From the NCBI GenBank assembly GCA_964252035.1, contig OZ176200.1: a DNA stretch of 64,000 bases, one strand, 5' to 3'. The DNA comes from Podarcis erhardii. Taxonomy: Eukaryota. This document shows positions 59,601-64,000 of this stretch, in pieces. Each line of letters opens with the position of its first letter. Within the stretch, counting starts at the first letter, position 1. A model generated the notes under the pieces. The model was not told the DNA's origin. It saw only the letters and a list, made by a program, of their open reading frames with translations, and ran no database searches. Both the position numbers and the translations under genes were made by a program.

Positions 59601-62600
59601 GTACCGCTCCAGCGGGAAGGTAAACGACATTTCCGTGCACTGCTCTGGTTCGCCAAATGCGGCTTAGTCATGCTGGCCACGTGACCCGGAAGCTGTACAC
59701 CGGCTCCCTCGGCCAGTAAAGCGAGATGAGCACCGCAACCCCAGAGTAGTCTGTGACTGGACCTAATGGTCAGGGGTCCTTTACCTTTTAACCTTAATTT
59801 GATTATACAATTTCACATTGCACTAGCAGATAAATGGAAAATGAATGGAGAAATTTTGATTTCAATTTCATGTTAGAATTTAAGTTATTCAACTCAAGGT
59901 ATAGGCTTTTCACGTGCATTAAAAATAGCTGACTGGAACATGCAAATCCAGAATGGAAAGATTAATCTTAAGACAAAACCTCACATGAAACCCCAATATT
60001 TACAAGAACAGGGAGCGGCAACAATATCAACAAAATGATTTGCATAGAAATGTTGCATTGTTTCCAAAGCCTAAAATTCAAACACCTCCAACTACATAAG
60101 TTTCTTAACTATGTATTTAAGATCTGTCCAAACAAGGCATATTTATGAGAAAACCAAAACCAACTATACATCCTTACCCAGTGTCTTCCATTAATGCCAA
60201 AGTGATGCGGGAGAAGACCCTGTTCTGAGTGTGCGATCCAGTCATAGCTTCATTCTGAAAGTAACCACCCAAAAAACCCGTAAGCTTCGTGACAGAACAG
60301 CAACTCATTCCTCGTTTTGGGGTTGGGGAGAAGAAAGAATGTGTACCTTTGGGCATAAGCACTTATTACATAGGCCCATTAATTGTTTCTAACATTTTCT
60401 TGGTTATTTCATTTATGATCCCTCCCCATGAAATGGTCTGAAGTGATTTACATGTAAGTGCTATTCCTAAGCCAATTCGGATAAAGTCTGAGATAGTCTT
60501 CATCTCCACTTAGGAGGCCTGATGGTAGAGGATTCAATAGGTGTTTAAAGCCAGTGAAGATGGCACCTCCCAGGTTTATAAAGGTGTGGTTTCCAAAGGG
60601 TAGGCACTGCCATGCCACACTAGACGTCTAATTCCCACACTGTATGGGACAGGCTTCCTGATGAGCTGATATCTGTAGGAGGCCCTCTCATCACGGTATA
60701 AGTGTATAAGCTGACCACAGAATGAGGAGTTGCATGTAGTCAAACACTAGGGGACTGCCCTAAATTGCTCCTCTGGTACTGCTCATTTAAAACAAATAGT
60801 AAGAAATGGCAGAGTGGAAAGGTAAAGACAAATGAAGACAAAGGTAATAATTACAATATATCTTCTTTATATATTCAATATATATTCTTTATAATGCATG
60901 GTATTCTTTCACAAAGCAAGCTGTGCTGCTCCTCTTTTAAAAACTGCTTTATATAATCCCATTTTATCTAGATTGCAGTGACTGTCCAATTAACAAGTTC
61001 TAAGGGAAAGATTAAATAAAATCTGATGATGGGGGAAGGAATCTTTCCAGTGATAAAGCCTACTTTTAAACTTTCATCAATCTGCCATCCTGGAGACAAA
61101 GTATCCGATATCACAAAAACCTGTATTTCAGTCTATGATCACCTCGCAAAAAACCCAATAGCTACTGTATTATAATTAACTGTACTGACCTCCAACAATC
61201 TCTTTTCCCAATGATTGAGCTCTGTACCCATGCCACCTTGATTTTCAAGTTCCATCCCCTCTAGAAATTGACATCCAAAGTGTTTTCGGGCCTCCTCCTT
61301 CAAAAAGATGCACCAGAAGACCGCTGTCAAAATAATTAGCAATACCCTTCCTTGAGAATCAAAACTAACCCCCCCCCCATATTTTAAGTTCCCAGGAGGG
61401 GCTTCCTTCATCTTGCACAGATTTCCAATGAAAAGGGTCCCTCAATTCTTCTTCCTACATGTGTTGAAATGTGAGGCTGCTATCATAATGTGGTTCACAT
61501 GACTGGCAATAGGCAGCCATGCTGGACGGCAGAACAGGCAGGCAAGCAAGCAGTGTGGGTGGCAGGTGCCCCAGGCAAGATGTTTGGGAAGAGAGGCACT
61601 TCATAGAGTGATTTGCCCAGCAGCTCCCTGAAGTGCTTCCCCTGTTAAATACAGCTGCAACAATTGTTAATGGAGGGAGGAGGCACTTCAGAGAGTGGTA
61701 TTGGGCAAAAAAAAGCCCCTCCTTTAAAGCTTGGGGTGAGGGGAAGGGCAAGGTGTAAAGGGAGAAGGGGTTACATATACATGGAGAAGGGAGGATTGTC
61801 AAAGGGGTTGGTGGGTAGGTGAGGTTAGTGAATGGAACGAGCCGGAGATGGAAGCTGCTAGTAAGAAATACTATTTAAAGTTCATGAACCTGAGAGTAAT
61901 AATAATTAAAAAGTTTAAAAATTAATTCACCTATATGAAAAACATAACACGTTCTGATCTCATAATACCCATAATTTAAAGTCTTCAGAATGATTCGGTT
62001 ATTTGAATCACTTGGAGGAGAAAAAGCATATCTAACAGGTAGCTATGCAAGCCACAATGTGAACAGGCTTTTGCCCAACTTCCTTCCGCTTTAGTAGGCT
62101 GAAGGAATACAAGCAGCAACCCAGTGCTGAAGTTTTGTGTCTCTGCTGTGGCTTCATGCCACTCAGGTTCTATGGCGGCATGATGGCAGCTTCCATGCAC
62201 AGCTTGAGATCTTTCCTTTAGGTCTCTCATTTCTTTGAACTGATATCTTTGGCACACCTGCGATATCCGGAACCAACCCCATTCCCATGTCTGTGGGTGG
62301 CCTTGTTCTGGTGCTCTAGTAGTTGGAAAAGGGCCAGCCACTTTACTATTACAAGGATTGATCATTTTTCTAATGAGAATTATTCCTTTTGACATGCACT
62401 ATTTTACCAGTAAGCAGCTTGCCAGGGATACTGGGAGTAAGCTATTCCTATAATTCTCAAAGTGTTAGATAAACCTCCTAAAGAAGGCAAGGTAAATTGT
62501 GTAGATGTCCTTATCTGAGGAAGTTAGTTAGATTTATTCTGATAAAAAGTGAAAATGATACTTACAACTACTTTAGGAGTTATCAGAAGGAATACATTGT

Positions 62601-64000
62601 GAAGCAGTTTCTTATTGCCCCGTACATCCCATAACCGCACAGCGCTATTTACTACTTTATTGCTCCATTGATATACACCAAGGCTGTAAGGAAGGCAGAC
62701 TGAATTAACTCGACTGGCAAGCAGGATCAATTCTAAATATGATCAACAGGCTGACATCAGCAAATGTTAAATGCATTTCAAAAAAAATAATATTAAACAT
62801 GATAACTGTGAAGCTCATGACAGCTGGCTATGAAAGAGGACATGGAAGAAAAATCACCCAAGGAAACAAACCCACTGAGTCACAAGGTATTAAAATGTTG
62901 ACAAAAGAATTATTTCACAACTAAGTCACATCACTTCCTTCAACAAAACTTCACAGATTCATAAAGTCCAACATAGATTTCAATATATACCTTTCATTAA
63001 AGGGTGGCAATCCATTTTGAGATGGGGCAGTCAAAGGATTTCCATCATCATCACGATAAAATGCAAACAGCCCAGCAGAAAAACCCTTTAAGGCAATGCA
63101 AAGTCATTTATATTATTTATCATCAACATAAGAAAGCATGTTTTGCCTAGAAGTTAACAAACCTCAAAACAACAAAAAAAGTTGTCTGAAAGTAAAATAA
63201 ACATACAGTGTAGGCTAAGTTCACATCTATGTCTTTTAGAAGAGAAACAAAAACAAATAATTTTTTGCATGGTGCAACACAAAGATGTTGCTAGTATTTT
63301 AAATGAATGCAACAAATAACATATCTTACCAGTGCATGAATGATTTCATGTTTCACAGTAGACAGCATGCCAGCAAATTCTTGTGCTTGGGTTGAAATCA
63401 TATTCGGACAAAGATTAGCATACCCTGCAATTGGTCTGGGAAATAATGAAAAATATATTTCTATAGAATAAAAACTTCACCGTCTTAGGAACATGCTAAG
63501 CTTAATAAATTAATACAAACAATATGCACCCAACAACAACCAAAAATCTAAATTTAGAATGCTAAAGCGCGTAAGCAATTGTAGTTTCACCATTTACACA
63601 ACGGGCAGCAGAGTGAAACATATTTTCACTCAACCCGCATCTGACCACAAATTAAACAGATTTTGATAATGGTATTGCTAGTAAAATCTCGTAATAAAGA
63701 GATGTTGGATTTCTCTGCAAACAATAGAGATGAAGAGTGCAACATCTACTTTAGTAGGCGATTCTTCTAATTTCATGATTCAGGCTACAAACACAGGCAT
63801 CTACTGCTCAAAAAAGGAACTTAGAATAGACAATTCTAGTACCATTAAGAATTAGTCATTAATTTGAGCAGCGCAGTTCATCTAGTAAACTGGTCAGTTA
63901 AAGCCACCTTTGGAAGTCATTACACCAGTACACTTATAAATGAAAGTTAATTTGGAGGGGGAAAATGTTACCTGTCCATATCAGCTTCTAGTTGACAGTA
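56520..64000 (-). CDS. LMLN: Leishmanolysin-like peptidase (invadolysin, M8 metalloprotease), 3' part; gene continues off the right edge. Exons >64000-63972, 63435-63330, 63085-62991, 62683-62566, 61297-61190, 60254-60178, 59010-58900, 58745-58613, 58101-57942, 57712-57582, 57185-56972, 56620-56520
   Basis: The spliced translation [97 protein letters not shown] matches recalled human LMLN. It has the HEXXH zinc motif, the third His ligand (NHW), the Met-turn (EAMTG) and a hydrophobic GPI-type tail. All junctions are GT-AG and in phase. Confidence 0.96.
56972..57185 (-). CDS. LMLN: LMLN exon (VSCSPRGL...NLTRLTSI)
   Basis: cttag|GTT ... ATT G|gtaagc; 214 nt. Confidence 0.95.
57582..57712 (-). 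CDS. LMLN: LMLN exon ([10 protein letters not shown]...GSGCYQ)
   Basis: ttttag|AT CCT ... CAG|gtaact; 131 nt. Confidence 0.95.
57942..58101 (-). CDS. LMLN: LMLN exon (YFDRLYG...ILENQP)
   Basis: tgcag|TAT ... CCA G|gtcag; 160 nt. Confidence 0.95.
58613..58745 (-). CDS. LMLN: LMLN exon ([12 protein letters not shown]...QEYQ)
   Basis: cacag|G AAA ... CAG|gtata; 133 nt. Confidence 0.95.
58900..59010 (-). CDS. LMLN: LMLN 111-nt exon (WYKANY...WIDHKRR)
   Basis: tacag|C TGG ... AGA AG|gtaag; phase 2-2. Confidence 0.95.
59442..59791 (+). mobile_element. Full-length Sauria SINE in an LMLN intron
   Basis: GGGACGTGGGTGGCGCT head, B box GGTTCGAATCC, ACCTTT-type tail; 11-bp TSD CCTTAATTTGA at 59431-59441 and 59792-59802. 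Confidence 0.92.
60178..60254 (-). CDS. LMLN: LMLN exon (NEAMTGSH...LMEDT)
   Basis: ttcag|AAT ... ACT GG|gtaag; 77 nt. Confidence 0.95.
61190..61297 (-). CDS. LMLN: LMLN exon (EEARKHFGC...NHWEKRLLE)
   Basis: tttttgaag|GAG GAG GCC ... GAG|gtcag; 108 nt. Confidence 0.93.
62566..62683 (-). CDS. LMLN: LMLN exon (LGVYQWS...LITPKVV)
   Basis: tacag|C CTT ... GTT|gtaag; 118 nt. Confidence 0.94.
62991..63085 (-). CDS. LMLN: LMLN exon ([10 protein letters not shown]...LPPFNE)
   Basis: aaag|GGT ... GAA AG|gtata; 95 nt. Confidence 0.94.
63330..63435 (-). CDS. LMLN: LMLN exon carrying HEIIH zinc-binding motif
   Basis: cccag|A CCA ATT ... CAT GCA CTG|gtaag; 106 nt. Confidence 0.96.
63972..64000 (-). 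CDS. LMLN: LMLN exon, partial (YCQLEADMD)
   Basis: Ends GAC AG|gtaac; truncated by the window edge. Confidence 0.9.

Overview
Eukaryotic (vertebrate) DNA, inferred to be a squamate and probably a lacertid-type lizard from the Sauria SINEs, BovB and MITE families. It holds three spliced protein-coding genes whose exons I reconstructed by hand; every junction is GT-AG and in phase. (1) The 5' part of OSBPL11 lies on the minus strand: 6 coding exons, 304-29013, continuing off the left edge. (2) A complete 8-exon, 349-aa cytosolic NAD-dependent glycerol-3-phosphate dehydrogenase lies on the plus strand (37724-50109). It mixes GPD1 and GPD1L features and, by synteny, looks like a third paralogue (GPD1L2-type) missing from this locus in mammals. 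(3) The 3' part of LMLN/invadolysin lies on the minus strand: 11 exons including HEXXH and a GPI-type C-terminus, 56520 to beyond 64000. OSBPL11 and the GPD gene are head-to-head with separate CpG-rich promoters about 8 kb apart. Between them are two young 5'-truncated LINE insertions with perfect TSDs (L1-clade and BovB) and a 141-N assembly gap. The rest is intronic or intergenic DNA with Tc1/mariner and hAT MITEs, SINEs, L2/CR1 relics, a perfect 99-bp x3 tandem array and microsatellites. There are no bacterial-type systems, CRISPR arrays, or rRNA/tRNA genes. Family and synteny assignments come from recalled knowledge, not database searches.
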